Below, one piece after another: positions 1-10,366 of a DNA stretch of 32,000 nucleotides (positions are counted from its first letter, which is position 1; the number at the start of each line of letters is the position of its first letter). The notes under the pieces are model-generated. The model was not told the origin of the DNA and ran no database searches. It saw only the letters and a list, made by a program, of their open reading frames with translations. The translations under genes were made by a program, and so were the position numbers. Source of the stretch: Prochlorococcus marinus subsp. pastoris str. CCMP1986. Lineage in GTDB: Bacteria > Cyanobacteriota > Cyanobacteriia > PCC-6307 > Cyanobiaceae. The stretch is from positions 1 to 32,000 of the forward strand of contig NC_005072.1 in NCBI RefSeq assembly GCF_000011465.1, read 5' to 3'.

Positions 1-22
1 AATACAACAATAATTTTGAGTA

Positions 23-40
23 TTTTCCACAGTTTCCACA
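23..40 (+). promoter_or_regulatory. Two head-to-tail DnaA boxes, likely the right-hand edge of oriC upstream of dnaN
   Basis: TTTTCCACA at 23-31 is directly followed by GTTTCCACA at 32-40 in the same orientation. Both fit the DnaA-box consensus TTWTNCACA and the cyanobacterial TTTTCCACA variant. They lie about 135 bp upstream of the dnaN ATG. Confidence 0.6.
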
Positions 41-173
41 GAAACTACTACTACTATATAAATTCATTATTAGAAAATTTTCTATTAGAAAGATTTGAAG
101 ATTTAAAAGAAAAATATTTAATTGCAATAATCAAGAAAATGGCTCTAGTATGTAAATAAAGTTATGAATTCAG

Positions 174-1331
174 ATGGAGATTGTTTGTAATCAAAATGAA
201 TTTAATTATGCTATTCAATTAGTTAGTAAAGCAGTTGCTTCAAGACCTACGCATCCTATCCTTGCAAATTTACTTCTAACAGCTGATCAAGGTACTAATA
301 AAATTAGTTTAACTGGATTTGATTTGAATCTAGGAATACAAACTTCATTTGATGCAACTGTAAACAAAAGTGGAGCAATTACAATTCCATCTAAACTTTT
401 ATCTGAAATAGTTAATAAACTACCAAGCGAAACTCCTGTCTCTCTTGATGTTGATGAGAGTTCTGACAATATTTTAATTAAAAGTGATAGGGGTTCTTTT
501 AATATTAAAGGTATTCCATCAGACGATTACCCAAGCTTACCGTTTGTAGAAAGTGGTACATCTTTGAATATTGATCCAAGTTCTTTTTTAAAAGCTTTAA
601 AATTAACTATATTCGCTAGTAGTAGTGATGATTCAAAGCAATTACTCACAGGAGTAAATTTTACATTTAATTTAAAATATTTGGAGTCAGCTGCAACAGA
701 TGGGCATAGATTGGCTGTTGTTTTGGTTGATAACAAAGAAAATTTTGATGAAAAAGAAGATTTTGCTTCAAATGAAGAAAACTTATCAGTTACTATACCA
801 ACAAGATCTTTAAGAGAAATTGAAAAGCTTGTTAGCCTTAGAAGTTCTGAAAATTCAATTAAACTTTTCTATGACAAAGGTCAAGTAGTATTTATTTCCT
901 CTAATCAAATAATTACTACTAGAACCCTTGAAGGTTCTTATCCAAATTATTCTCAATTAATACCTGATAATTTTACTAAAATTTTTACATTTAATACAAA
1001 AAAAATAATCGAATCACTTGAAAGAATAGCAGTTTTAGCAGACCAACAAAGTAGTGTCGTTAAGATTAAACTTAATGAAAAGGATTTAGCATTAGTCAGT
1101 GCTGATGCTCAAGACATAGGGAATGCCAGCGAATTAGTTCCTGTATCTTTTTATTTTGATCAATTTGATATAGCTTTTAATGTAAGGTATTTATTAGAAG
1201 GTTTAAAAGTTATATCAAGTGAAAATGTAATTTTTAAATGTAATCTTCCAACTACTCCAGCTGTTTTAGTTCCAGAAGATAATATTAATTCTTTTACGTA
1301 TTTAGTCATGCCTGTTCAAGTCCGTTCTTAA
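174..1331 (+). CDS. dnaN: DNA polymerase III beta subunit (sliding clamp)
   Basis: 385-aa ORF with an ATG start. The N-terminus MEIVCNQNEF..AIQLVSKAVASRPTHPILANLLL, an internal ATDGHRLA, and the C-terminal YLVMPV are typical of beta clamps. Confidence 0.96.
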   Translation: MEIVCNQNEFNYAIQLVSKAVASRPTHPILANLLLTADQGTNKISLTGFDLNLGIQTSFDATVNKSGAITIPSKLLSEIVNKLPSETPVSLDVDESSDNILIKSDRGSFNIKGIPSDDYPSLPFVESGTSLNIDPSSFLKALKLTIFASSSDDSKQLLTGVNFTFNLKYLESAATDGHRLAVVLVDNKENFDEKEDFASNEENLSVTIPTRSLREIEKLVSLRSSENSIKLFYDKGQVVFISSNQIITTRTLEGSYPNYSQLIPDNFTKIFTFNTKKIIESLERIAVLADQQSSVVKIKLNEKDLALVSADAQDIGNASELVPVSFYFDQFDIAFNVRYLLEGLKVISSENVIFKCNLPTTPAVLVPEDNINSFTYLVMPVQVRS

Positions 1332-1332
1332 G

Positions 1333-2040
1333 TTGAAATTACCAAAAGAATTTTTATTAAGTGAATTATTAAGACATAACGTAAAAGGTAATGCCACCTT
1401 AAATTATGGTAAGGGTGAAAATGTTTGGATGCATCCACCTGTTCACAGAATTTTAGGTTGGTATTCTCGCCCTTCAAATTTGGATTTAAAAAGAAATGTA
1501 TGGAAATTAAATCAAATTAGTCAAATTATAGATAATGATATTTTCGTAAAAGGTAATCCTGCAATTTCAGACCTTGCTACATTAAATAGATTTCCTAACT
1601 TAATAGAAGCTAGTTTAGTTAATTCTGAAGGTTCAAAGATAGGTGTCATAGCAGATTTTTTATTCGAAATGAAAACTGGAAACATCAAGTTTTATTTAAT
1701 TTCTCGTTCTAATCCAAGAATTCCAGGCTCAAGTAGATGGAAATTAAATATAGATAATATTGTTGATCAGCAACCAGGTTTAGTTTTTTGTTCTTGCGTT
1801 TCTTTAGATGATTTTCCTTTAATAAAATCAAGTATTAAACATGAATTTTTTAAAAAAGGAAAGAAAATAATTGATCGTTTTGATGATATGAAAAATACCG
1901 CAACAAATAGGTTAGAAGATTGGCTAGAAGAAGATGAAGATATAAACAAAAAGTCAGAATTTAATCGGAATAGTTTTTATAATGAAAAAGAAAAAGTAAG
2001 ATCTTTCAGAAATAAAAGAGAAGATGACCCTTGGATTTGA
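1333..2040 (+). CDS. Conserved hypothetical protein with two PRC-barrel-like segments
   Basis: 235-aa ORF starting at a TTG 1 nt after the dnaN stop. LLSELLRHNVKG..VWMHPPVHRILGWYS and LVNSEGSKIGVIADFLFEMKTGNIKFYLIS resemble the PRC-barrel pattern. The C-terminal tail is rich in Lys, Glu and Asp. The start codon is uncertain; the next in-frame ATG is at 1429. Confidence 0.7.
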   Translation: MKLPKEFLLSELLRHNVKGNATLNYGKGENVWMHPPVHRILGWYSRPSNLDLKRNVWKLNQISQIIDNDIFVKGNPAISDLATLNRFPNLIEASLVNSEGSKIGVIADFLFEMKTGNIKFYLISRSNPRIPGSSRWKLNIDNIVDQQPGLVFCSCVSLDDFPLIKSSIKHEFFKKGKKIIDRFDDMKNTATNRLEDWLEEDEDINKKSEFNRNSFYNEKEKVRSFRNKREDDPWI

Positions 2041-2043
2041 CTA

Positions 2044-4383
2044 ATGATAGATTCTTCAAGTAACAATACTTATGATGTTAATGAATCACTTAAAGTTGAA
2101 AACTTAACTCGTGATGATTATGAAGAGATATGCAAAAGATTAGGAAGAAAACCTAATAGAACAGAATTGGGAATGTTTGGAGTAATGTGGTCTGAGCATT
2201 GCTGTTATAGAAATTCAAAGCCATTATTAGCTAATTTTCCTACTACAGGAAAAAATGTATTAGTTGGTCCAGGAGAAAATGCAGGTGTTATTGATGTAGG
2301 CAATGATCAGAAACTTGTTTTCAAAATTGAAAGTCACAATCATCCTTCTGCTATTGAACCTTTTCAAGGAGCTGCAACAGGAGTGGGTGGCATATTAAGA
2401 GATATTTTTACAATGGGTGCGAGACCCATAGCAGTTTTAAACTCTTTAAGATTTGGCAATCTTGATAAATTATCTAATATTTCTTTACTTCGAGGTGTAG
2501 TTTCGGGGATATCTCATTACGGTAATTGTGTTGGGGTTCCTACTGTCGGTGGAGAAATAGACTTTGATGACAGTTATTCCGGTAATCCTCTTGTTAATGT
2601 TATGGCTTTAGGTTTATTAGAAACTGATGAAATCGTTTGTTCAGGAGCAAAAGAAGTAGGTTCTCCCGTTCTATATGTAGGAAATACCACAGGAAAGGAT
2701 GGAGTAGGAGGCGCTAGTTTTGCTAGTTCCGAATTAAATACTAATTCATTGGATAATAGACCAGCAGTACAAGTAGGTGATCCATTTATTGAAAAAAGTC
2801 TTATTGAAGCTTGTTTAGATGCTTTTAAAACAGGCGATGTACTTTCTGCTCAAGATATGGGAGCTGCGGGATTAACATGTAGTAGTGCTGAAATGGCTGC
2901 AAATGGGAGTTTAGGTATTTCAATTAACCTAGATTTAGTTCCTGCAAGAGAGAATGATATGTCTGCTTACCAATACTTACTATCTGAATCACAAGAGAGA
3001 ATGTTGTTGGTTGTTAAAGAAGAAAAGTTAAATACTCTTATTAATCAATTTAAAAAGTGGGGACTTTTCGCAAATGTTATTGGTGAAGTCATATCTAGAA
3101 AAGAGGTTATTATCTCTCAAAAAAATCAAATAGTTGCACAAATTCCTACTTCTGCTTTATCTGATGAAACTCCAATTAATATTCATAATATTATTAAGGA
3201 GCCTCCTATTCATTTATTAGAGAAATGGGAATGGACAGAAGAGGAATTGCCAGCTATCAGCGAAAATAAAATTCTTTCTTTAAAAGACCAACAAAAATAT
3301 TCTTTTTCTGAAATTATTTTAAAACTTTTATCTAATCCTTCAATTGCTTCTAAAAGTTGGGTGTATCGACAATATGATTCCCAAGTACAATCAAATACTG
3401 TTTTTAAGCCAGGAGATGCAGATGCAGCGTTAATAAGACTTAGACGGCAAGACGAGAAAAATAAAAATAATGAATTTTCTGGTGTAGCTGCTTCTGTAGA
3501 TTGTAATAGTAGATGGGTATTATTAGATCCATATAGAGGAAGTATTGCAGCAGTTGCAGAATCTGCTAGAAATGTAAGTTGTGTTGGTGCTCAGCCAATA
3601 GCTATAACAAATAATTTAAATTTTTCTTCACCCGAAACTGAAATAGGATATTGGCAACTGTCATCAGCATGTGATGGGATTTCTAAAGCTTGTATTGCTC
3701 TAGAGACACCTGTAACAGGAGGAAATGTTTCTTTATATAATGAATCAAAAAATCAAAACAATCAAGTAACTCCTATTAATCCCACTCCTGTTATTGGAAT
3801 GGTAGGAACTATTAAAAATGTAGACAAAGCTATTAGTTCAGGATGGAAGAACATAAATGATCAAATTTGGATAATTGGTTCAAATGCTTCTGAATCTTCA
3901 ATAGCTGCAAGTTCTTATTTAGAATATTTTCATGATTTAGTAACAGGAAGACCTCCTAAAATTCATTTACAAGATGAAAAATACTGTCAAAGTTTTTTAA
4001 GAGATTCAATTCAAAAAAATTATATCGCTTCTTCTCATGATGTTAGTGATGGAGGTTTAGCTGTCGCTTTATCAGAATGTTGTATTCTGTCTTCTAAGGG
4101 AGCTTATATTCAATTAGAAGAAAAAAATGCTCGTCAAGATAATTTATTATTTAGTGAAGGAGGATCAAGAATATTATTTTCAGTTAATAAAAAAGAAGAA
4201 CAAAACTTTTTGAATTTTCTTGAAATTAAGAGCAAAGATTTTGGAAGAAACGTATACGTTAAAAAAATTGGATTTGTTTCTGAACATAATCTTGATATAA
4301 CTCTCCAAGATCAAACACTTTGCAATTTAAGGGTTGATGAATTAACCGAAAAATTTAATAATAGTATTTCTAACTGTTTTTAA
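2044..4383 (+). CDS. purL: Phosphoribosylformylglycinamidine (FGAM) synthase II, small-type PurL
   Basis: 779-aa ORF. It contains ESHNHPSAIEPFQGAATGVGGILRDI and a duplicated AIR-synthase-like fold ending in HDVSDGGLAVAL. The ATG lies 3 nt after the upstream stop. Confidence 0.95.
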   Translation: MIDSSSNNTYDVNESLKVENLTRDDYEEICKRLGRKPNRTELGMFGVMWSEHCCYRNSKPLLANFPTTGKNVLVGPGENAGVIDVGNDQKLVFKIESHNHPSAIEPFQGAATGVGGILRDIFTMGARPIAVLNSLRFGNLDKLSNISLLRGVVSGISHYGNCVGVPTVGGEIDFDDSYSGNPLVNVMALGLLETDEIVCSGAKEVGSPVLYVGNTTGKDGVGGASFASSELNTNSLDNRPAVQVGDPFIEKSLIEACLDAFKTGDVLSAQDMGAAGLTCSSAEMAANGSLGISINLDLVPARENDMSAYQYLLSESQERMLLVVKEEKLNTLINQFKKWGLFANVIGEVISRKEVIISQKNQIVAQIPTSALSDETPINIHNIIKEPPIHLLEKWEWTEEELPAISENKILSLKDQQKYSFSEIILKLLSNPSIASKSWVYRQYDSQVQSNTVFKPGDADAALIRLRRQDEKNKNNEFSGVAASVDCNSRWVLLDPYRGSIAAVAESARNVSCVGAQPIAITNNLNFSSPETEIGYWQLSSACDGISKACIALETPVTGGNVSLYNESKNQNNQVTPINPTPVIGMVGTIKNVDKAISSGWKNINDQIWIIGSNASESSIAASSYLEYFHDLVTGRPPKIHLQDEKYCQSFLRDSIQKNYIASSHDVSDGGLAVALSECCILSSKGAYIQLEEKNARQDNLLFSEGGSRILFSVNKKEEQNFLNFLEIKSKDFGRNVYVKKIGFVSEHNLDITLQDQTLCNLRVDELTEKFNNSISNCF

Positions 4384-4429
4384 TAATGAATAACAATATG
4401 GAATTATCTACAAAATTCGGAAATTAATT

Positions 4430-5890
4430 ATGTGTGGAATTGTTGGAATTGTTTCTTGTGATGATGTAAATCAACAGATTTATGACAGTCTTTTGCTACT
4501 TCAGCATAGAGGTCAAGATTCAACTGGAATAGCTACAATGGAAAATACTGTTTTTCATATACATAAAGCTAAAGGACAAGTAAATACTGCTTATAGAACA
4601 AGAGATATGAGAAATTTAATAGGAAAAATTGGTTTAGGGCATGTTAGGTACGCAACTAAAGGTTCAGCAGAAAGTGTTGAAGAAGCACAACCTTTCTATG
4701 TTAATGCTCCTTATGGAATAGTTTTGATTCATAATGGAAACCTTACTAATACAAGAGACCTAGAGAAACAATTATTTAATGTAGATAAACGCCATACTAA
4801 TTCTTCAAGTGATACTGAAATGTTGTTAAACATATTCGCCACTGAATTACAAGAACAGATCCATAATCAAGATCTAGAGCCAGATATAATTTTTAATGCA
4901 GTTAAAAATTTACATAAAAGAATTCAAGGTTCATATGCTTCAATTGCTTTAATTTCAGGGCATGGTTTATTAGCTTTTAGAGATCCTTTTGGTATAAGGC
5001 CTTTAGTAATTGGAAAAAGAATTTCTCTTATTACTCAAAAGGAAGAGTGGATGGTAGCTAGTGAGTCTTTAGTATTAGAAAATAATGATTATCATGTTGT
5101 TAGAGATGTGGAACCTGGCGAGGCAATTTTTATAACCAATAATGGTGAATTTTTTTCAAAGCAATGCTCAGAAAACCCAAGGTTATTTCCTTGTGCTTTT
5201 GAATATGTTTATTTAGCTAGACCAGATTCAGTGATGAATGGAATTTCAGTTTATCAAGCACGTTTGAAAATGGGTGATTATTTAGCTGAAACAATTAAGC
5301 AATCAATACAGTGTGGGGATGTCGATGTGGTAATGCCTATTCCTGATTCTTCACGTCCTGCGGCAATGCAAGTTGCTAGGCAGTTGGGGATAGAGTATAG
5401 AGAAGGTTTTTTTAAAAATAGATACGTTGGAAGAACTTTCATAATGCCTGGCCATCAAAAACGTAAACAATCTGTAAGGCAAAAGTTGAATGCTATGAGT
5501 ACAGAATTTAAAAATAAAAATGTACTAATAGTCGATGATTCTATAGTGAGAGGAACTACATCAAAACAAATAGTGCAAATGGCAAAAGATGCTGGTGCAA
5601 ATAAAGTTTTTTTTACTTCAGCAGCTCCTCCAGTTAGATATCCTCATGTTTATGGAATTAATATGCCTAATAGAGATGAATTAATTGCTCATGATAGATC
5701 AATAATTGAAATAGCAGAAAAGCTTGAAATAGATCATCTTGTATATCAAAGTGTTGAAAATTTGAGAAAATCTATAATTAATGATTCTCCCATTCAAGAA
5801 TTAGAAATGAGTTGTTTTACTGGTTCTTATGTTACTGGGACGGTAAATCAAGAATATTTAAAATGGGTTGAAAATGAATATAATTCTTAA
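4430..5890 (+). CDS. purF: Amidophosphoribosyltransferase
   Basis: 486-aa ORF. The N-terminal MCGIVGI matches the Cys1 Ntn amidotransferase class II pattern. The PRPP-binding loop [13 protein letters not shown] is present. Confidence 0.96.
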   Translation: MCGIVGIVSCDDVNQQIYDSLLLLQHRGQDSTGIATMENTVFHIHKAKGQVNTAYRTRDMRNLIGKIGLGHVRYATKGSAESVEEAQPFYVNAPYGIVLIHNGNLTNTRDLEKQLFNVDKRHTNSSSDTEMLLNIFATELQEQIHNQDLEPDIIFNAVKNLHKRIQGSYASIALISGHGLLAFRDPFGIRPLVIGKRISLITQKEEWMVASESLVLENNDYHVVRDVEPGEAIFITNNGEFFSKQCSENPRLFPCAFEYVYLARPDSVMNGISVYQARLKMGDYLAETIKQSIQCGDVDVVMPIPDSSRPAAMQVARQLGIEYREGFFKNRYVGRTFIMPGHQKRKQSVRQKLNAMSTEFKNKNVLIVDDSIVRGTTSKQIVQMAKDAGANKVFFTSAAPPVRYPHVYGINMPNRDELIAHDRSIIEIAEKLEIDHLVYQSVENLRKSIINDSPIQELEMSCFTGSYVTGTVNQEYLKWVENEYNS

Positions 5891-8328
5891 TTGATATATT
5901 TTTCTAGTCGATAACAATTATCAAGATATTCATCTTTTTCCAGATTCAAAAAATCTATTTTAAGCATATTTTTCCCAGAATTATTATCTAATTTGTTTAA
6001 GTTTAATCTTGCGGATTTATTTTTATTCGTCTCAATATCGATATATTGGTTGCTAGATAGAACTGTTATAAAATGGTCATCTTTAAGCTGCATTTTCTCA
6101 TTTACATAACCTAATTTAGAGTTATAAGAATTATAAATATCATCAATTTTTAGTTTAAAAAACTTACCTTTTTTAGAAACTAAATAAAGGATCTCTTTAT
6201 CCTTACTTTTACAACAAGAAACTATTTGTTCTGTAGGTAAAAGATTAACCAATAATAGTCCTAGTGATTGTTTTGTACTTGGGTTTAAGTTTTTATCTGA
6301 TAAATCAAATTTAAAAAGCCTACCAATAGAAGTCAATATTACTAGTTGTTGTTGTTTATTTAAAATAAATGAATCAATGATGCTTGTAGAATTTTTTAAT
6401 TTGGTAATTGAAAAGATCCTATTACTTTTTATCATATCTTCATCAAATAAAACTTTTTTAAATCTTCCATCAGAACTCAATATGCATAAATAATTTTTTA
6501 ATTTACTGTCTAGATAATGAAAATTTATTATCTCTTTTGGGTCAATATTTCCTAAAACTTTTTTATCCATTTTAAACTCACTAGTAATGTTTGATTTCCA
6601 ATCGATTTGAATAATTTTTCCCGAAGATGTAATTCCAATAATTTTTAAACTTTTATCAATCCTACATATAAACTTTTGAACATTTTTATTATCTATAAAT
6701 TTATTTTCATGATCTAATATTTTTTTATAGTTATTATAAATTATCTTCTTAAAATAAAATCTATTATCTACTGATATTTTTGTTTCTTTATTTATAAGAT
6801 CTTCTAATATTTGATTATTTATAGTATCTATTTCTTTTTCTTGATTTATATCTTTCAAAATTTTTGTTTTTCTTTTTACATTAAATTTCTTTTTTAAACT
6901 CTTCAGTTCTTCAATCAAAGTGTCAAGCAATAATCTTCTGTTATTTAAAAGATTATTAAGATATTTTTTCTTTTCAAGTAGTTCTTTCATATCAATTTCA
7001 ATTTGCTTCCTTTCCAAGGTTGTTAATTTTTTTAGAGGCATGCTTAATACCGCATCTGCTTGTTTTTCACTTAGACTCAGTTTGACTATTAATATTGATT
7101 TTGCTTCAGTTGCATTTTCTGAGTTTTGAATAACCTCAATAATATCTTTTATATTTTTAGTTGCAATTGAAAATCCCTCTAATATTTCAAATTTTTCTGA
7201 TGCAATTCTTAAAAAATATTTTGTTCTTTTTCTAATTGTTTCTTCTCTAAATTCTAGAAAATAATTTAGATATTTTCTTAGTGTAAGTTGAATAGGTTTA
7301 CCGTCAACTAAAGCTAAAAATATTGCACCAAAATTAGATTGTAAAGCTGTTTTTTTGAATAAATTTGATACTACAATTTCAGAATTTGAATCTTTTTTTA
7401 ATTCAATAACGACCCTCATCCCGTCTCTATCACTTTCATCTCTAATATCAGAAATCCCATCAATTTTTCCTAGATTCACCAATTCTGCAAGCTTTTCGAT
7501 CCATCCTGCTTTACTTATTTGATAAGGTAGTTCTGAAATTATAAGTGCATTTTTTTTATGCCTTCCTTTCCCTAAATTAATTTCTTCATTTTTAATTACT
7601 CCCCTTACTGTTACTGAGCCTCTTCCTTGTAGGTAAACTTCATTCATTGCACTATTGCAAATTAATTCTCCTCCAGTTGGAAAATCAGGTCCTAATATAA
7701 TTTTCGACAATCTCAAGTCGCTTATTTCTTTATCGTTTATGAGGGCAATTAAACCATCAACTATTTCGCCAAGATTGTGCGGGGGGATATTCGTTGCCAT
7801 ACCAACAGCGATTCCTGAGGAACCATTTAATAACAAAAAGGGTAATTGTGCCGGCAATATGTCTGGTTCTTGTTGTGAGCCGTCAAAATTATTTGAGTAA
7901 CTTACTGTTTCAGATCCAATCTCTTGAAGGAAACATTCATGAGCTATTGGGGCCAATCTTGTTTCTGTATATCTCATTGCAGCTGGCGGGTCATTATCAA
8001 CAGATCCAAAATTCCCATGACCATCAAGAGTTGGATATTTTGTAGAAAAATCTTGAACTAATCTAACCAGTGCCTCGTAGACTGCTTGATCTCCATGAGG
8101 ATGATATTTCCCTAGTACATCGCCCACAACTCTGGCACATTTTCTGAATGGTCTATCTGGAGTAAGTCCTAATTCATGCATTGCGAAAAGAATTCTTCTT
8201 TGAACTGGTTTCAGTCCATCTCTTGCATCAGGTAAAGCACGTCCTATTATCACACTCATTGCGTATTCTAAATAGGAACGTTGCATTTCTTCCTGCAACG
8301 ATATAGAAGTGAATTTTTCCTTAGTCAT
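5887..8328 (-). CDS. Type IIA topoisomerase A subunit paralogue (GyrA/ParC-like)
   Basis: 813-aa ORF. The N-terminal region is strongly GyrA-like: [26 protein letters not shown], and AAMRYTE with the catalytic Tyr near residue 120. The C-terminal ~310 aa are Asn/Lys/Ile-rich with beta-pinwheel-like blades ([35 protein letters not shown]). I found no QRRGGKG GyrA-box. Confidence 0.9.
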   Translation of the reverse strand: MTKEKFTSISLQEEMQRSYLEYAMSVIIGRALPDARDGLKPVQRRILFAMHELGLTPDRPFRKCARVVGDVLGKYHPHGDQAVYEALVRLVQDFSTKYPTLDGHGNFGSVDNDPPAAMRYTETRLAPIAHECFLQEIGSETVSYSNNFDGSQQEPDILPAQLPFLLLNGSSGIAVGMATNIPPHNLGEIVDGLIALINDKEISDLRLSKIILGPDFPTGGELICNSAMNEVYLQGRGSVTVRGVIKNEEINLGKGRHKKNALIISELPYQISKAGWIEKLAELVNLGKIDGISDIRDESDRDGMRVVIELKKDSNSEIVVSNLFKKTALQSNFGAIFLALVDGKPIQLTLRKYLNYFLEFREETIRKRTKYFLRIASEKFEILEGFSIATKNIKDIIEVIQNSENATEAKSILIVKLSLSEKQADAVLSMPLKKLTTLERKQIEIDMKELLEKKKYLNNLLNNRRLLLDTLIEELKSLKKKFNVKRKTKILKDINQEKEIDTINNQILEDLINKETKISVDNRFYFKKIIYNNYKKILDHENKFIDNKNVQKFICRIDKSLKIIGITSSGKIIQIDWKSNITSEFKMDKKVLGNIDPKEIINFHYLDSKLKNYLCILSSDGRFKKVLFDEDMIKSNRIFSITKLKNSTSIIDSFILNKQQQLVILTSIGRLFKFDLSDKNLNPSTKQSLGLLLVNLLPTEQIVSCCKSKDKEILYLVSKKGKFFKLKIDDIYNSYNSKLGYVNEKMQLKDDHFITVLSSNQYIDIETNKNKSARLNLNKLDNNSGKNMLKIDFLNLEKDEYLDNCYRLEKYIN

Positions 8329-8377
8329 TTAATAGGAAATTTATAGAAAGCTTTCATAAACTAAATTAAGATTAATA

Positions 8378-8395
8378 GGTAAATAAATATTTACC
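8378..8395 (-). repeat. 18-nt inverted repeat between the TPR gene stop and the gyrA-like start
   Basis: GGTAAATA-AA-TATTTACC has 8-nt arms. It could be a weak terminator for the TPR gene or an operator for the gyrA-like gene. It is AT-rich, has a very short loop, and lacks a clean U-tract. Confidence 0.25.
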
Positions 8396-8415
8396 AGTAT
8401 TAATAGTTGGGGAAT

Positions 8416-9270
8416 TTATTTAATTTTTGTTTTTGCAACTAATATTTCTTTTTTAATTTGAGGATTTTCAAAAAGTTTTTCAGTAGAAATTTGTAGTTTT
8501 TTACCCCAAAGCTGTTCTTTTCTATAATTAAAGTCAACATAATTTGGGTCTTTGTTTAAAGCTTTTTTTGCTAGAACTATTGCTTTATTAATGTCCTTAT
8601 TTTTTAAGCATGAAGCAAGTGCTAAAAGTGGTTCTGCACTTTCCTCAAGTTCTAGAGCCTTTTTAAAAGAGATAATAGAAAGATTAATTTTATTTAGTTC
8701 AAAATATGCTAATCCTTGGTTGTTAATTGCTTGCCAAAAATCTTTTTTAATTTTTATTGCTTTATCAAATTCCTCTATGGCTTTTTCATAATTTTTTTCC
8801 ATTAAATAAATATTTCCTAATTGAAAAATTGCTTTAAAGTTTTTAGGAAGGATTTTAATTCCTGAAAGTAAAGAAATTTCTGCTTTTTTTATTTTTGATT
8901 GTTTTAAATATATAGTACTTTTTGCAAAATATATTTCACTCATTTTGGGGTTTATCTTCTGAGCATTATCTAGTGAAATCAAAGCATCATCATATAATTT
9001 ATTGGCAATTTGTGTTTCAGCTAAGATAGTCCATAATATTTCACTTTTATTATTTATTTTTACAGCTAATTTTGCCAAATTCAAACTATCTTTGATTTGT
9101 CCAAAATACAGAAGCTGATAAGCTTCTTTTCCAATTGATAAACCTTGTTTTTGTAAGCTTTTTGTTTCTGGCAAGTAATAATATGGTATTAAAGCTTTTA
9201 AACTTTCAGCGATAAAAACATGGCTACTAATTATTGAAAAAAATAATATTTTTAAAAGAGACTTTTTCAT
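8416..9270 (-). CDS. Secreted tetratricopeptide-repeat (TPR) protein
   Basis: 284-aa ORF. The N-terminus MKKSLLKILFFSIISSHVFIA is signal-like. Repeated 34-aa TPR-like units are present (e.g. YEKAIEEFDKAIKIKKDFWQAINNQGLAYF). The start lies 4 nt downstream of the queG stop. Confidence 0.8.
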   Translation of the reverse strand: MKKSLLKILFFSIISSHVFIAESLKALIPYYYLPETKSLQKQGLSIGKEAYQLLYFGQIKDSLNLAKLAVKINNKSEILWTILAETQIANKLYDDALISLDNAQKINPKMSEIYFAKSTIYLKQSKIKKAEISLLSGIKILPKNFKAIFQLGNIYLMEKNYEKAIEEFDKAIKIKKDFWQAINNQGLAYFELNKINLSIISFKKALELEESAEPLLALASCLKNKDINKAIVLAKKALNKDPNYVDFNYRKEQLWGKKLQISTEKLFENPQIKKEILVAKTKIK

Positions 9271-9274
9271 ATTT

Positions 9275-10219
9275 TTATGTATTTTTGAGCATTGCTTTTA
9301 TATTTCTTTTCCACATCCATGGTTTTATTCTTTTTAATGTAGTTCCTTGAAGATTTTTTTTCCATTTTTTTTCATCCCAACTTAATGCTTCAATATTTAG
9401 ATTTTTAACCCATGATTTTGGATAAGCTTCAATGCTCTTATTTAATGGAACTGTTTTATTCCAAGGACATACATCTTGGCAGATATCACAACCAGCAATC
9501 CATCCATTTAAATGTTTTTCTACATGTTCTGGAAAAGTTTGATTTCTATTTTCTATAGTATGGTATGCAATGCACTGTTCAGAATCAATAACAAAGGGTT
9601 CTGTTATTGCATTTGTTGGACATTTTTCAATACATTTTTCACATATACCACATAGAGATTGGGAAGAATTGTCAGGCGTCAAATCTTCCGAAAGAATCAA
9701 AAAACCTAAGGTTAGCCATGATCCAAATTCTTTATTAATAAGATTACTATTTTTGCCTATCCAACCTAGACCCGCTTCTTCTGCCCATGCTTTTTCAAGA
9801 AGAGGGGATGTGTCAACGCAAATTTTCCACTTGCAATTTGGAACTTTAGTATTAATCCATTTACCTATTTTTTTTAATTTTTTAGCAATAACTTTGTGAT
9901 AATCTTCTCCTTGGCCGAATTTTCCAATTTTGAATTTTGCTTTTTCCTTATGTTCATGACTTAAATAATTAAAACCAACAGTTAAAACACTTTTCGCTTC
10001 ATTTAGGAGAGATTTTATATTTTTTCTTCTTTCGGCTTCCATCCATTTCATTTCAGAATGATAATTATTTGCTAACCATCTTTCTAATGCTTGAGTTCTT
10101 AATTTGACTCGAGAACTTCCTGGTATTGATGCTATACCGGATACGGCAAAACCTTCAAATATTGCTCTTTTTTTTAGCTTCTCACTGAATTCTTTTTTAT
10201 TTTGAATCATATTTCTCAT
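9275..10219 (-). CDS. queG: Epoxyqueuosine reductase (tRNA queuosine biosynthesis)
   Basis: 314-aa ORF. It has two ferredoxin-type cluster motifs, CGICEKCIEKCP and CDICQDVCP. The N-terminus FEGFAVSGIA and overall length fit QueG. Confidence 0.85.
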   Translation of the reverse strand: MRNMIQNKKEFSEKLKKRAIFEGFAVSGIASIPGSSRVKLRTQALERWLANNYHSEMKWMEAERRKNIKSLLNEAKSVLTVGFNYLSHEHKEKAKFKIGKFGQGEDYHKVIAKKLKKIGKWINTKVPNCKWKICVDTSPLLEKAWAEEAGLGWIGKNSNLINKEFGSWLTLGFLILSEDLTPDNSSQSLCGICEKCIEKCPTNAITEPFVIDSEQCIAYHTIENRNQTFPEHVEKHLNGWIAGCDICQDVCPWNKTVPLNKSIEAYPKSWVKNLNIEALSWDEKKWKKNLQGTTLKRIKPWMWKRNIKAMLKNT

Positions 10220-10366
10220 ATTTATATTATGAATTAGATTCGAATAAATGGTGTTTTTAAACTAATAAACTAATAAATAATTTAAATTTATTAAAAATAA
10301 ATATATCCCTATCAAGGAAAACTAGCTAAATTGTTAGTAAAATGAACAAAATTAGGAACTGCAATT

